From: Phoronis australis | Lineage: Eukaryota; Animalia; Phoronida | Length of the DNA stretch: 64,000 bases | Reading direction: 5' to 3' | NCBI GenBank assembly: GCA_002633005.1 | Contig: NMRA01000702.1 | Coordinates: forward strand, 78,138 to 142,137 | Part shown: piece after piece, positions 50,135 through 63,889 of the stretch | Position numbering within the stretch: the stretch's first letter is position 1 | Layout of the letters: each line of letters starts with the position of its first letter | Notes under the pieces: generated by a model | What the model saw: only the letters and a program-made list of their open reading frames with translations | The model's database searches: none | What the model was told of the DNA's origin: nothing | Made by a program: the position numbers and the translations under genes

Positions 50135-53100
50135 GGGTTTCGTGACCTCATGTCGCGGTCCTGTCAACACTTACGAGTTAAAGAACAAGGAACTGACGAG
50201 CAGAGTCCGCGTGAGTGGACTGTCTGCCAAGTTCGTAGATGTCCGGAGGGTACATGTAGATTATGTATACGGGGTGTACCGCTCAATAATTAGAAAGAGC
50301 TTCGAGCTAAATTCCCTTTGTAAGCGAGATTCATTTTTAGGTAAGAGACACTCCATAAAAATGGATGCAGTTGTTATTGTAGTAAAGGCTGCAGTTTAAC
50401 ATTTCTTTCACTGACTCATCCCAAGTCTTATCCTTAACCCTAACCTAGCTATGATAACTTTCCAAACTAGAAACATTAGAATTCCATTATTTTCCATTAG
50501 TAGACAATTTCAAAATTTGTCAAACTTCAAGATAACATTAATTCTTATTTATATTCGATTCTTTTTAACAGTTGCGGATTTAGGGGGGGGGGCAAGGGGG
50601 CCNNNNNNNNNNNNNNNNNNNNNNNNNNNNNNNNNNNNNNNNNNNNNNNNNNNNNNNNNNNNNNNNNNNNNNNNNNNNNNNNNNNNNNNNNNNNNNNNNN
50701 NNNNNNNNNNNNNNNNNNNNNNNNNNNNNNNNNNNNNNNNNNNNNNNNNNNNNNNNNNNNNNNNNNNNNNNNNNNNNNNNNNNNNNNNNNNNNNNNNNNN
50801 NNNNNNNNNNNNNNNNNNNNNNNNCCCCCCCCCCCCCTAACTCAAAATCCTGGATCCGCCCCTGGTTACCAGGTCTCATTCTGAAGTGATGTAAGGCACA
50901 TTCGGACTGGGATTATTTTGTTATTACACTTTGATCACGTGTCAGCCGACGAAGGAACACGCACCAGACTTCTATGGTAGCTACGCTGCTGCCGACGCAC
51001 GACGTTATATTGTAGCATTTTCGATGCATGGTAGATCAAGTTGCGGCGCTGTGTAATACAAGTTCCAGAACGACCGTGACCAAACAAGTTTTCTGAAAGA
51101 TGTCCCAACGTATTTAGTGGGACTGAGGCATGAGCTTCGAATGAGTCCTCCCCTAAAGGTAATCTTGTACTCTTGTAGTCTTGTACTCTTGTAGTTATTA
51201 TTGTACAATTATTTTTATCTCTGCAGAAATAACGTCTTTGCCCGAGAACAATCGCGATTTTACATGATAAATTAAGGATGACTTAAAACGATCTACGACC
51301 CGAAAGATGATCCAAAAGACTTAATACTTTAGACCAGCGTAAACATATATATGTTTACGTTAAGACAGAAAATCACGCTAAGACGAAAATTCAGAAAAAC
51401 AATGTTTCGTGATCACAAGTTCGTTTTTGAGCTTCATTCTTAACTTAGGCAGAAATTAAGTCGGGTTTTGATATAGGTGAACATATGCAACAAACTACGC
51501 TTTCGCTACCTGTTGCGAATTCACAAAACTAACGAGGCCATGTGTGATAACGGTTTCAAGAATAACCTTGGTCATGAAACTCTTAATGGGAATTTATTTG
51601 CATTTTGGATACAGTTGAAATCTCGCTTAGGTGAGAAGACCCTGGTATGGCTGGAAATATGTCATATGTGCAGGTAAGTCGCATTGCAGTGTCTCCGCTA
51701 CGAATCTACGATGCTTTGCCGGTTCTCAATTAGAAAGCAGGGCTACGATCTGAATTTAACACTGTTCAGGGACATTGGATAATAAAAAATCTAAACGAAC
51801 TTTAATCTTCAAAAGTTTACAATGATTACAGTCGTGAATTTTGGTCAATGAGACCAAAAAAACCTAGGGATTTCGACGAAATTTCCAAGAGATTTTGCCA
51901 ATGTCATAAACCCGAGACGAGTGTAGGATTCTCTATTACTCACACGACTGGTTATTAACACTGAGTACGTAATTTATTTATAGTAGATGGGCGAATCACA
52001 AAGAAGTGCAGAGTAGAAATCTCCATGCCTTACATTTTATCGTCTGCAAAACACTAATACCAGCAACCAAGCCTCGGGACTAATTTTGACTAAATTTCCA
52101 AGAAGAGCTTTTAGTGCCCATGTCATAAACCTGAGAGGAGTGTAGGGTTCTCTGTTTTTGACACTTAGAAGCTAATCTTAAAAGTATTGGTGAAGTTTTA
52201 GCGAATTTAGTTGCAGCCTAAAGCATGCGCGCGCACAGGGGGGCTCGAACTAGCNCGCCTCAGAGAAACAAAGAGTCCGCGAAAACAAAACAAAAGTCCA
52301 CAGGAATTCAGCGCGAATGTACAATTTATAGGTCTGAATGCAGTACCCCCTATATTTTAGGCTGGGTGCGCGCATGTAAAGTTGTAAAAACTCAATAATC
52401 CGAAATCCGACCCCCAAATAGCACAGTACACTTAGACTTGTTTTGCTTATCTAAAATAGCTCTCAAAGACGTTGATGAAATTCAGACAGCTACCGAAAAT
52501 ATACTCACAATTCAAATGACAATAAAGGCATTGTTTTTGACTTGGCCACAACATTTGTCGTTTAAACTCACACACTAGAGATCAAAAACGCATTGCTCAC
52601 GGAATCGATTGTTGGTTTCTCATTTTCATGTATCTACTAAAAATCAACTGAGTGATTGACGATTTTTGACAAGTAGAAGCTAATCTTGTAAGAAATGACA
52701 ATGCTTCACTGAACTGAGTTATAGGTTGACATTGGGAAAAGTCCATCTATCATCAGATCACCAAATAGCACTAAACGATTTGCGTTTATCTTAATTAAGT
52801 CTCAAGGATATTGATGAATGTCAGACAGCTCTACAAAGTGTTCCAAAGTGTCCTCACCATTCAAATGACAGTAAATTGTTTATTGACTTAGGAACTAGAC
52901 TAGTGGTTTAAATTCACAAACCGCAGGTGGAAAAGGAGGTTTAAGTCTTTAAATAAATCATTGTTTCATTAATCTTGAAAGGTTATTGATTTTTGCATTT
53001 CCTTGATGAATTTTTTGTTCTTCACCCCTCCCCCCGAGGAGAATCTTCCCAGTGAACATTCGGTCCATGACTGAATCGTGCGGGTGTATCTCAGTACTAC

Positions 53101-55280
53101 AAAACAAAGCATTTATCCTCACAACACAAAAATGGCTCTGCATGGGGCTTCGAGATCTCGGTACAGTCTATGGATACGTATGATATTCTTTCAAGAGCAC
53201 AAAGGTCCTGGCTGGAACTGAATACGCCGTGCATCTGAATTAATCAAATAAAGTTTACTATAGTCTTCGGCTGTAGTAACCATTGACTACAGAGTGTCAT
53301 TGTTGAAATATTGAAGAGTGTGCGTGGGTTATTACCAACAGGTTGTCTGCCAATGATTCCGTCCAATTTTATTTCGTATGAAACCCTAACTTCTAGGGCT
53401 TGTCTTCCACGGAGCAGCCCATTTTCTTAGCGGAAGATTTTTATGCGTAATTACACAGACCACCCTCATTCTGAGCCCATAGTTCTTTGCTTCCGAGAGT
53501 CAATTTATAAAACCAACACAATGTGGCGTTTTCATACCAATAAAATTGGCCCGATTTTGGATGCCTGACACCTCATCGCGCCGCGGGCTTCAGACCTAAC
53601 TCTCAAGCAGTTCGTTGGGTTTGTTGTGGGACACATTGTCGCACTAAAGTCCCCGAGGTGACAATATGTGTCGAGTGATGCAGTATAGACCCTATTCACG
53701 CCGGCAGGAGGCGCGTTCCAAAACGAGGCTCGCTACGATAGCTCTGTTAGCTTATCAGCATAGGAGTTTGTGTTTCAGTCCGTGTTGTTCCCCGAACGGC
53801 TAGAAAAAATACGGACACGCTTCACAATCTCTAAAGACGTTTAGATTCGGAAGCGTTGGGTCGTTGCCATACGCCGCGACGAAGCAAAATATGTCCGTGT
53901 AAAATAATTGTTTTCGAAAAGTTAGATCATATTTTGTCGCATCTCGGTCAGTTGTCAAGCATCAATAGTAACGACCGGAGAATGGGCCAACCAGGTTGTA
54001 TTTTCATGACTACGGATTTAGGGGGGGGGCCTAAAATTGTATCAGATCCCATTTTTGAGTTCGGGTGCGAATTGCTGACTAGCACACGTGCACAACCAGG
54101 GGGTCTTGGGGGTGAGTAAACAACGCATAGGCGCTGAATGAACCCCGTTTTCCCGTTTTTTTAGTCAACAGGTCCGCAAACCCAAGNNNNNNNNNNNNNN
54201 NNNNNNNNNNNNNNNNNNNNNNNNNNNNNNNNNNNNNNNNNNNNNNNNNNNNNNNNNNNNNNNNNNNNNNNNNNNNNNNNNNNNNNNNNNNNNNNNNNNN
54301 NNNNNNNNNNNNNNNNNNNNNNNNNNNNNNNNNNNNNNNNNNNNNNNNNNNNNNNNNNNNNNNNNNNNNNNNNNNNNNNNNNNNNNNNNNNNNNNNNNNN
54401 NNNNNNNNNNNNNNNNNNNNNNNNNNNNNNNNNNNNNNNNNNNNNNNNNNNNNNNNNNNNNNNNNNNNNNNNNNNNNNNNNNNNNNNNNNNNNNNNNNNN
54501 NNNNNNNNNNNNNNNNNNNNNNNNNNNNNNNNNNNNNNNNNNNNNNNNNNNNNNNNNNNNNNNNNNNNNNNNNNNNNNNNNNNNNNNNNNNNNNNNNNNN
54601 NNNNNNNNNNNNNNNNNNNNNNNNNNNNNNNNNNNNNNNNNNNNNNNNNNNNNNNNNNNNNNNNNNNNNNNNNNNNNNNNNNNNNNNNNNNNNNNNNNNN
54701 NNNNNNNNNNNNNNNNNNNNNNNNNNNNNNNNNNNNNNNNNNNNNNNNNNNNNNNNNNNNNNNNNNNNNNNNNNNNNNNNNNNNNNNNNNNNNNNNNNNN
54801 NNNNNNNNNNNNNNNNNNNNNNNNNNNNNNNNNNNNNNNNNNNNNNNNNNNNNNNNNNNNNNNNNNNNNNNNNNNNNNNNNNNNNNNNNNNNNNNNNNNN
54901 NNNNNNNNNNNNNNNNNNNNNNNNNNNNNNNNNNNNNNNNNNNNNNNNNNNNNNNNNNNNNNNNNNNNNNNNNNNNNNNNNNNNNNNNNNNNNNNNNNNN
55001 NNNNNNNNNNNNNGTTACTTCAAATTTTATATTTCGATTAGCGACACATTCAAGTTAACTATGTTGATTGTGGTCTGTATATGGAATAAAGCTGAAGCCT
55101 GGCATGCAAATGGAATTGGTATTTTATGATAAACTTATAGTAGTGCATTACAAGCACCTATCTAGAAGATCCCTGCTTGGCCAGTTTCGTATTGCTGTCC
55201 ACTGTCAAACCGCCAGTCTCAGTCAAGGATCGGTGCATGCAGTAACTGGAGATCAACGTATGCAGCCGAGTTATTATTAT

Positions 55281-55496
55281 TTAAAGCGCAACGTTGGACA
55301 AAACTGTTGCTACAAGGAATATGACACAAAACAATCTGTCCAAAATTAGCACAAGAGTGCGCCACGTATACAGATCACTGTATAACGTCACGTTAACGCG
55401 AATGGAATCATCGGCTGCGTGAAGTTGTGCAGAGTCATCAGTTTGAGGCTTTGCTTGTCGTAGAATACACAAGACTTTCGCGAATACGTTCACGAC
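55281..55496 (-). CDS. Gene B exon 9 (M4, stop)
   Basis: YTWRTLVLILDRLFCVIFLVATVLSNVAL*. Confidence 0.92.
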   Translation of the reverse strand, partial: VVNVFAKVLCILRQAKPQTDDSAQLHAADDSIRVNVTLYSDLYTWRTLVLILDRLFCVIFLVATVLSNVAL

Positions 55497-58400
55497 CTAC
55501 AATGCAAGAAGTCGGTGGCATTTCAAGCGACAAAAATAAAAAATTGATATAGATAAACATGTTTAACAAGCCCCCTGCAGACAGGTCCTTTTGTGTTGCC
55601 TCCTGTTGTCGTGGCATGCAAGACAACAACTAAAGATGATTCGGGGTGATAAAAGCATGCACTCTTTTGCTAGAAAATCAACAATTAAAAATACCACCAG
55701 ACTTCACCAATTCCCCCCCCACCCAAAAAACACAACAGAAGCAACAATGTGCTTATTGGCCAAATTGCACTCAATAATGATTGCGCAGAGGTCAAACTAA
55801 AATAAATAATTATTTTAATAAATAAATGTTCTTTATTATCTTCTTTATATCCGCACTGGCCTAGCGGAGTAATAGATTGAAAATGTGTGCACTGTTTAAA
55901 AGTTGTGTCTAAAATAAGCCGTGGAGCAACAGCGTTTTGCAAAATCTTCAAGAGACTGCTCATGGCTAGAAACCCAAATATCTAGCAAGCCGTTTTATGA
56001 AAGTGGCTACCGTACTGGCTCGATTAAATTCCTGGATGCTTATTTGTCCCGGTGGCAATACATGAAGACCCAGCCTTTCACGAAACCCGACACCTTTTCT
56101 TCATTTGACTAAAGCACTGTAAAACTTTGTAACCGGTATTCCTATCGAAAATAGTCCCCCCAAAAGAATTGACAAATGGCGTATTTTCGGAAATTTTCCA
56201 AAAAAGTACGCCTATGGGCGTATTTTCGGTAACCTTTTGTGCGTTTTGAAATTCTAGTGGATAGTTCTGAAATGCTCATATATGATTTGGTGTATTGACA
56301 AGACTTTATATTTTGGGATTGGGATTGATTTCACTCAAATGACTGTCGTTTAACGAGATTTTGGGTTACTTAATTGTTGGTAACAAAACGTTTTACACCG
56401 ACAGTATGAAAGACACTTTTAACGACTTTTCGAAAATACGCCTCCCTCTTCCGAAAATAGGCCTGGAAGACTTTTTGAAAGGTCGTTTTCCGAACATCCG
56501 CACATGACAGGGGCGGATCCAGGATTTTGAGTTAGGCGGAGCCAGGGCACAGGAATAACCAGAATTTCGTCACATGCTCGCACCAAGCATAAAATGTAGG
56601 GATATAGGGGGTCTTGAAGTTTTGGGTTTGTGGACCTTATTACTAAAAAAGGAAAACGGGCTTTGTTCAAGGCTGTGCACTGCGTATTCCGCCCCCCCCC
56701 CACAAGAGCCACCTAGGTGCGCGTATATACTAGCGCACCCCGAGCTGCCAATTGGAATCTGTGAGAATTTTAGGGGGNNNNNNNNNNNNNNNNNNNNNNN
56801 NNNNNNNNNNNNNNNNNNNNNNNNNNNNNNNNNNNNNNNNNNNNNNNNNNNNNNNNNNNNNNNNNNNNNNNNNNNNNNNNNNNNNNNNNNNNNNNNNNNN
56901 NNNNNNNNNNNNNNNNNNNNNNNNNNNNNNNNNNNNNNNNNNNNNNNNNNNNNNNNNNNNNNNNNNNNNNNNNNNNNNNNNNNNNNNNNNNNNNNNNNNN
57001 NNNNNNNNNNNNNNNNNNNNNNNNNNNNNNNNNNNNNNNNNNNNNNNNNNNNNNNNNNNNNNNNNNNNNNNNNNNNNNNNNNNNNNNNNNNNNNNNNNNN
57101 NNNNNNNNNNNNNNNNNNNNNNNNNNNNNNNNNNNNNNNNNNNNNNNNNNNNNNNNNNNNNNNNNNNNNNNNNNNNNNNNNNNNNNNNNNNNNNNNNNNN
57201 NNNNNNNNNNNNNNNNNNNNNNNNNNNNNNNNNNNNNNNNNNNNNNNNNNNNNNNNNNNNNNNNNNNNNNNNNNNNNNNNNNNNNNNNNNNNNNNNNNNN
57301 NNNNNNNNNNNNNNNNNNNNNNNNNNNNNNNNNNNNNNCACAAGTCAAGGCTTCGCAGCACTGGCTGGAGCATAAACAGACATTACGTCGGACGTTTTGT
57401 TTGAGTAGGCTTGTGAACATACGGTCGGGATTAATAAAGGATTAACTCGAACCAGTCTTCAGTCAATCATCGCACCGAAAGCTATTAGCACCGGTCTGTA
57501 ACAACCTGCGCCCACCCACACACGGGGAAAAACGTGACACGCTTATTCAACTCCCGGCGCTTTTAAAATCGTGCCAATACGGTACTATCTACATAATATT
57601 TTTAAGTCGATTTAATTTTGTTTATATTTTGAAGTACAAAGTGAACTTTTTCAATTTTGTAGCTTGTACAATTTGTCTTAACTGCACTTGACCGTTAGCC
57701 TTACCAAACGCACACCAGGTGGGCAAAGATGGAGTATTCAGAATACAGTTATTTTCTACAATGAGAACAGCATTTCCAGATTTTAAATGTGTGTCAAAAG
57801 TGAGCAGATAGAACGTAGTCAAAGCCTTGTTGTTACCTTATGCAAACAGCCAGGAAGGGCTCTGTTGGCGTAGTCACTGTACCACAGGTTGTGCAAGATG
57901 CTCGACACAAACATGGCCACACCGACCAGTATTATGTTAGTTTCGCACAGTTTAGCTGAAAACAAAAGCATGACACATGTTGCAAATCGGAAGAAATAAC
58001 ATATACAGGTGGAGACAGTGACTGTAGCTCCGTGATTTGAACTCGGGACTCCCGTTTGGGAGACCCTGGTTCATAACCTGGCTTTACCGGAAGATAATCG
58101 AGCTTTGCACAAAGATGTCTTCTACTCCTCTGAGCTCGGTCTTACTAGTGAATGTGAGCAGGGGAGAGAATGAGAACTTGGATATAATGCGAAAGCGACT
58201 TCTGGGGCTGTGGTTAAATATTATATATTAGGCGGATCTGGGCGCCCTCTTGTGCTGCCACTGCTGAACTAAGTGTGTCGTGTTCAGGACTCGGGCCTTC
58301 TTTTTGTTTTTGTTTTTGTACTGAGCAAGAACAGGCCAACATGACTATACATGCAAACCTTACGTTGCCTACTACTAATCCCACCACGCCCTGCCTCCAA

Positions 58401-61400
58401 TAACTTGAAGTTTCCCCGAGTCGTGAAACCTTGATGGTCACCAAGGGATGGACACAGGAGCGGCAGTAAGTGGAGTTAAGCGAACTTCTCTGTGCAATAA
58501 TTTTGTTTCGCTACAATCCTGTATACGTTTATACCAAAAATACGCTGTCGATCTGTTATTTTGTTAATGCCAAGGACCACAGAAATAGTATTCATTAAGG
58601 CTGAAACATATTTCTAACCAGCAACTTTTGTTCCTGTAAATATAACGCCGGAACGTTGGATCTCTCCTTTTAACAAACGAATATATCTCTCTTACCTATA
58701 GCCGTCCCTGGAGACCGTAACAGAATGAACGTGAGGCACACCATCGCAGTGCAAGCTATAAAATGCAAAGAGCAATTGAAAATTATACTAGTAGACGGGT
58801 GCATTTTGCTTGAGCTGAAACATCTTAGAGCGCTTAAAACGTCGTTTATTCTAAACAACGGCGTTTAAAATCTTAGTTTGTTATAACAGAACGTCAATAA
58901 ATGCTGTTCTGAACCACCTGCCAACAATACTATTTTTATATATAGACCTAATGGCGTTTCAACTAATTCCTTACGCGGGTTAGAAGTGATATTCGGGACT
59001 GGACAGGAAGAAGTGGCTCGTTATTGCTTAAGGAGCATAAAATAACGCGATTGTCAAATCGACTTATTAAGCCTTGTCTCGAGCAGTGATGAAATGACAT
59101 TAATGAACTGACATTAATTCGTAGGCAATTTTTACCAAGCAGTGAAAAATGCGTTCTAACTTCAGTAAGTAATTTGGGATCAACATTATGACTTGTAGTT
59201 GTTTAAATCAACGAGTTGGTTTTTGACAGACGATGGTTTTAAGGCAGCTTTAGGGACAGCGAAATCACGACTTTTCGTAATATCAAAACTTGTCAGCAAA
59301 TACAAGCGGTAATAATTTTCATGTTTCGCCACGATTCACATTTAAAAGTAGACATTTAAAATGATTCTAAACCACGATTTGATGATTTTACCCATAACTA
59401 CTTCCGTCTCTTGCTTTTGTATAAATGACGCTTTCCTGGCATGACGAAAGCTAAACCTTTCACTGTGTCACAGAATGCATTTGGTGGTTGGAGACGCGTG
59501 GCAAAAGATTCTGTGAGTTGTCGAAGTTGACTCAAACTTTTGAGGATTGGTGACGGTCATCATTTTGTTTCAAAGACTTAGTAAGTGTTAAGTAGGCTTT
59601 AATATCTATTAAAGGTCAAAAATACATATTTTGGACCCTATTATGAGTTCTCTCATGATATAGTTCGAGGTCATGTTACCCTGTTTTCATTATACCTATT
59701 AATATTTTCCCTCTCGACTCAAACGGAAGCAGGAATATCAGTGGTATGAACAGAATTGCTCCGATGTTGAACAAACGAATTTCGGACACGAATAACAAGT
59801 CCTCCGACAATTTTTCGTAAGGCTCGGATTCGGCGAATGATGGACTGTACGTTTGACGCTGAATCTTCAACGTAAACATCATGTACTCATACGGTTCAAG
59901 ACAACATGGGTAAAAATTTGTAGTCAAGACGCTGGTCACGTTGGAAATGGCCCATTCGTACTTGGACTTGTGTAGATATGACCTCAGTGACGCGCTCGCG
60001 TCAGTGGAGTTGCTGAGCGACACCTGGAAGAAGATTAGTTGAATGGCTCACTTCAGCTTCTCGCACAAATAAGCAATGGTATATACCATCACCACACAGC
60101 CATTAAAGAGAAAATCTAACGTTTTTTGGTGTTTGCCTAACTAAAACTTTGAATACCGGAGCTATGTCAATACCGAAGTATCGCAGAGACATGTTTAAGA
60201 TTTACACCTATCTCTTGAAATACACAACTTTGAGTTACCAGTGCTTTGTTTCCGCATGAGGCAACACATACGCTAACATTTGGGGCTTTGTTACCCAAAT
60301 GTCTAAGTGAACTTAGCCAAATAGCGACTACTCCGTCCTAATCGATGCACAAATTCATGCGGCTGCTGGAGAAATCTTATTATCTAATTTCTCTTACAAT
60401 GCCTCGATTTTAAAACTTCAAAGACGGCTAACATTTACTTTTTAATTTTAAAAACAGTCAAGTTGGTCGTTAGCCTAACGTATTGTTCGGTTGTTTGACT
60501 TAAGGAAACTAGTACGCTAAACAGGCGCGTTGGTTCACGACCGGAATTATCTCGATCAAGAGAGTCGGCCAAGCCCATGAATAGCGATTACCGGTAGTTT
60601 ACTTCAATCTGTGGCGGTGTCATCAAGCCTTTGATGAGGAGCTATGACAGAATCTTACATGGATGTCAACAAACTAGCTAGGTGTACACCTTACTTGGAT
60701 GACAACCAGCAAGAACACGCCACCTTGTGCTTGGTTGACATCCAACATCCAACACCTGCCCCACCTGGTGGTCAATTATGAAGCTATACACATGGTTGGT
60801 TAGTTGATTAACATCAAACATCCAATAGCTGCTGCACCTGGTGGTCAAACGTCACAGGCTGATACAGCTAAGGTGAAGTTAGAGTTGCTTGACATCTAAC
60901 ATCCAATAGGTGCCCCACCTGGTGGTCAAAATATGAAGCTATACAAAGGGACAGATAGTTTGTTAGTTGGTTGACATCCAATACCTGCTCCACCTGGTGG
61001 TCAAACGATCACTGGCAGATACAGGTAAGATGTAGTTAGTTGGTTGACATCTAAAATCCAATAGCCGCCCCACCAGGTGGTCCAATCACGAAGCTATACA
61101 AAGGGACAGATAGTTGGTTAGTTGGTTGACATCCAACATCCAATAGCTGCCCCACCTGGTGGTCAAATCATGAAGATATACAAAGGGACAGATAGTTGCT
61201 TAGTTTGTTGAAATTCAGCAAATTGTAATTTAATGGCTAAGAGAACAATATATTTTTAAAGGAAAAGAAATTTATTTGAAAAGTAAAACATGTTCAAAAA
61301 TAAAATGTTAAAAAACAATTTTGAAAATATTTTGTTTTTAAAATGGAAGTATTGAAAATAACAGGTGTTCGTGAAAATATCAGATATAAAACAATTAAAA

Positions 61401-63889
61401 AATATGAAAGTGAAACAGTTTTAAAACCAATATAAAATCACTATCAAATACAAAATATTTTGCTTTTTGTCTCCATTTCCAGATGATTTTAAAATGAGAA
61501 GCTGCCCTTGGCTGCTACAGTTGATGAGTTCATGTGGAGAATTTCTTGCTTACACTGGTCACTGCTCATATTCCCTCAGCCCCAGACAACTTTTACGATG
61601 CCTATTCAGCTCGCCCTTTGTATTGATGAAGATCTGAGTTAATGAAGTGGAAAGGTAATAGCTAGCACTGCCCTTTCAACGATGATACTTGTTATTTTAC
61701 CCAAGTTAGTTTCCTCTGGCACTAGTGGAGTTGCAGCTGCGGACATTGTTTAATGATTGCAACTGTGGAGAGTAGTTTTAACTTGTTATATTAAATATCA
61801 AAAACGACTAAAATTTAATTCGTTTTTAACTTGACCATGGGCCACGTCCTAATAGAACGATGGTTTTAAATATGTTTCAAACAAGTTCTTTTTATTTCAT
61901 TTTTAATGCCCCTGTCTACTTCTTTCTCTCATCGGGAAATGGTTAGTTGATATCTTTTTATTTTATTCTTAAACTTGAAGTACCAAAACAGTGGTAGATT
62001 TTGATCGCCAGCGAAACTTAATTAGTTCAGTTAATTGTGAACCCATCCCTGGACTTCCCAGATATTAGGCAGCTACACTAGACATTTCACAGCAAACAAA
62101 ACTACAATTCTAGCTTTTTGTCAAGTCATATGAAATGAGAGGGCACAATTTAAATACAAATGTGTCCTAGTTAAAAATCTTTTTAAACGAGATTGAAAGA
62201 ATATTAAAAGAATAATCCATCTGATATTGTCAACTTTGTAAATCCACAGAATATATCAATACCCAAGGTCGTTTAGCTTCAATCATACCCAATGTTTGTA
62301 GTTTTTAGCTTATTAGTTCATCGGTTTTTAAAAATCGAAATTCTTAATTGGTTATTTTTTTCCAGATGACTACCGCCATGGTGTTTGTCTTTAATGAAAG
62401 TTATTTGTTAATGCATTTTGGAAACTTGCCATTATGTACAGGCAGAGATATTTACTACAGTTTAGGGTTTGGGTGTGGGACAATGAGGTCATCACAACTA
62501 TTTCTAGGAATAGTTTTACAATTTGACCAAAAGGTGTCGACAGTAGTAACGGTACACCTAACTAGTTGGTTGACATCTATGTAAGATTCTGACATGCATG
62601 GAGCTGGTGATGAGCCGAGGAATTCGCTGGCATTCACGTAACTTGATTACTGATTTAGTTGATAATGGCCAGGCGAGCAACAATTTAAATCAAAATAGGT
62701 ATTTTACTTAAAACAATTTAAAAATCAAAAACGTTAGTTTTCTCGTTTAAGTTATGAAAACTTATGACCTGGTCAGAAACTGATCGGAGTCCTGACTTGT
62801 GGGCAACAACACAGTTGAAATGTCTTACCAAGTTTTCTAAACACTAGCTTTTTCAGAAGAATCAACGTCCACTTTGGAGAAGACAGGGTGGTACATATCA
62901 AACAAGAAACAGGAAATATTCTGTTATTTCATATACTGTGTTCTCATGATTGAGTCCCAATGTTTTCTAATACTTCGTGTGCCACAATTAATATTATGAC
63001 CAGTTTGTAAAACCGATCTGATCTTAAAAGTTTGCATCACTTAATAGGAGATTTTGTTCTTACCAAATGGCCGTTGTAAGTCCACGATCCAAGTTGCAGC
63101 TGGCACTCTTGCTCTGACAAAGCAGTTCCCATGGGCGACAGTTGTATTGCACAGTGAGTCTTCAACGTAACTCTTGGTACATAAAACACCGTGCCGTCAT
63201 AGCGAACAAGCGCCAGAGTACGAGGATCGTGGTTGTCAACGTGATCCACGCTATCGATCAGACAAAAAGCACTCTTTGGTTCGGATTTCCAAATAAAAAT
63301 AGTACCTTCCGACCCACATACATAATTGTTAATGAACACAATGTTTAATCAAGTAATAATAGCTATGAGCTGAAGACAGCACCATGACACCGCCTTCTCC
63401 TAGCTACAATCAACTACGAACTTTGAGAGGTAGTATTTAATTTCATTAGACCTTGACGAAATTAAACACAGCTACTACTTGCATGCGAATTCACATTAAT
63501 GTTTGGTTTCTTCGTACAATGCATTATACAACGGGCATTCTATCAAAAGTTGTCGTTCATCCTCAATTCTATTTCCCTTGGGAAAAATGTTTTGTACAAG
63601 AGTTATCAGCTGATGATTAGAAATCTGAATATGTTTGAATCAAGACATGATATTTAAATCAAATTCATTTCGTAGAAAGTATAGTCACGTCAACAAGTTC
63701 TACTGGCACGAATGAGTGGTGGCTACGCCTTCGGTGGAGATGGCCATCTGGGTAGAGACGTTTATTACGTGAAACTTACCTGTTGTAAAGTTTTATGTCT
63801 GGTAGCCACAATCTGTCAGCTGATATTCTAAACTCCTGGATACCACCAAATTGGTCTGGGTTCCATTTCAGTGATATATCTCTCCAACT
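55281..63889 (-). CDS. Atypical nicotinic acetylcholine receptor alpha-like Cys-loop subunit, gene B (5' exons outside window)
   Basis: Exons 63889-63780, 63250-63064, 60023-59696, 58755-58696, 57955-57837 and 55496-55281; same phases and nearly the same sizes as gene A; WLPDIKLYN, LGSWTYNG, YPCCLEPY, FLLP, W..L..ILDRLF. Confidence 0.92.
57837..57955 (-). CDS. Gene B exon 8 (M3)
   Basis: AKLCETNIILVGVAMFVSSILHNLWYSDYANRALPGCLHK. Confidence 0.9.
58023..58228 (+). mobile_element. Degenerate tRNA-derived SINE-like element
   Basis: A-box-like TAGCTCCGTG and B-box-like GGTTCATAACC at tRNA-like spacing, with an AT-rich tail. Confidence 0.4.
58696..58755 (-). CDS. Gene B exon 7 (60 nt, M2)
   Basis: ACTAMVCLTFILLRSPGTAI; tttatag acceptor and gtaaga donor. 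Confidence 0.88.
   Translation of the reverse strand, partial: LALRWCASRSFCYGLQGRL
59696..60023 (-). CDS. Gene B exon 6 (loop C + M1)
   Basis: NFYPCCLEPYEYMMFTLKIQR...IFLLPFESRGKILI. Confidence 0.92.
60730..61210. repeat. ~75-80-bp degenerate tandem repeat in gene B intron 5
   Basis: Six copies of C(C)ACC(T/A)GGTGGTC, each with GTTGACATCCAA-like motifs. Confidence 0.85.
63064..63250 (-). CDS. Gene B exon 5 (Cys-loop)
   Basis: ..THCAIQLSPMGTALSEQECQLQLGSWTYNGHL; 187 nt. Confidence 0.93.
63780..63889 (-). CDS. Gene B exon 4 (loop A)
   Basis: SWRDISLKWNPDQFGGIQEFRISADRLWLPDIKLYN; 110 nt. Confidence 0.93.

Noticed and set aside
50451-57420. Long ORFs containing X runs
   Set aside because: Artefacts of N gaps.
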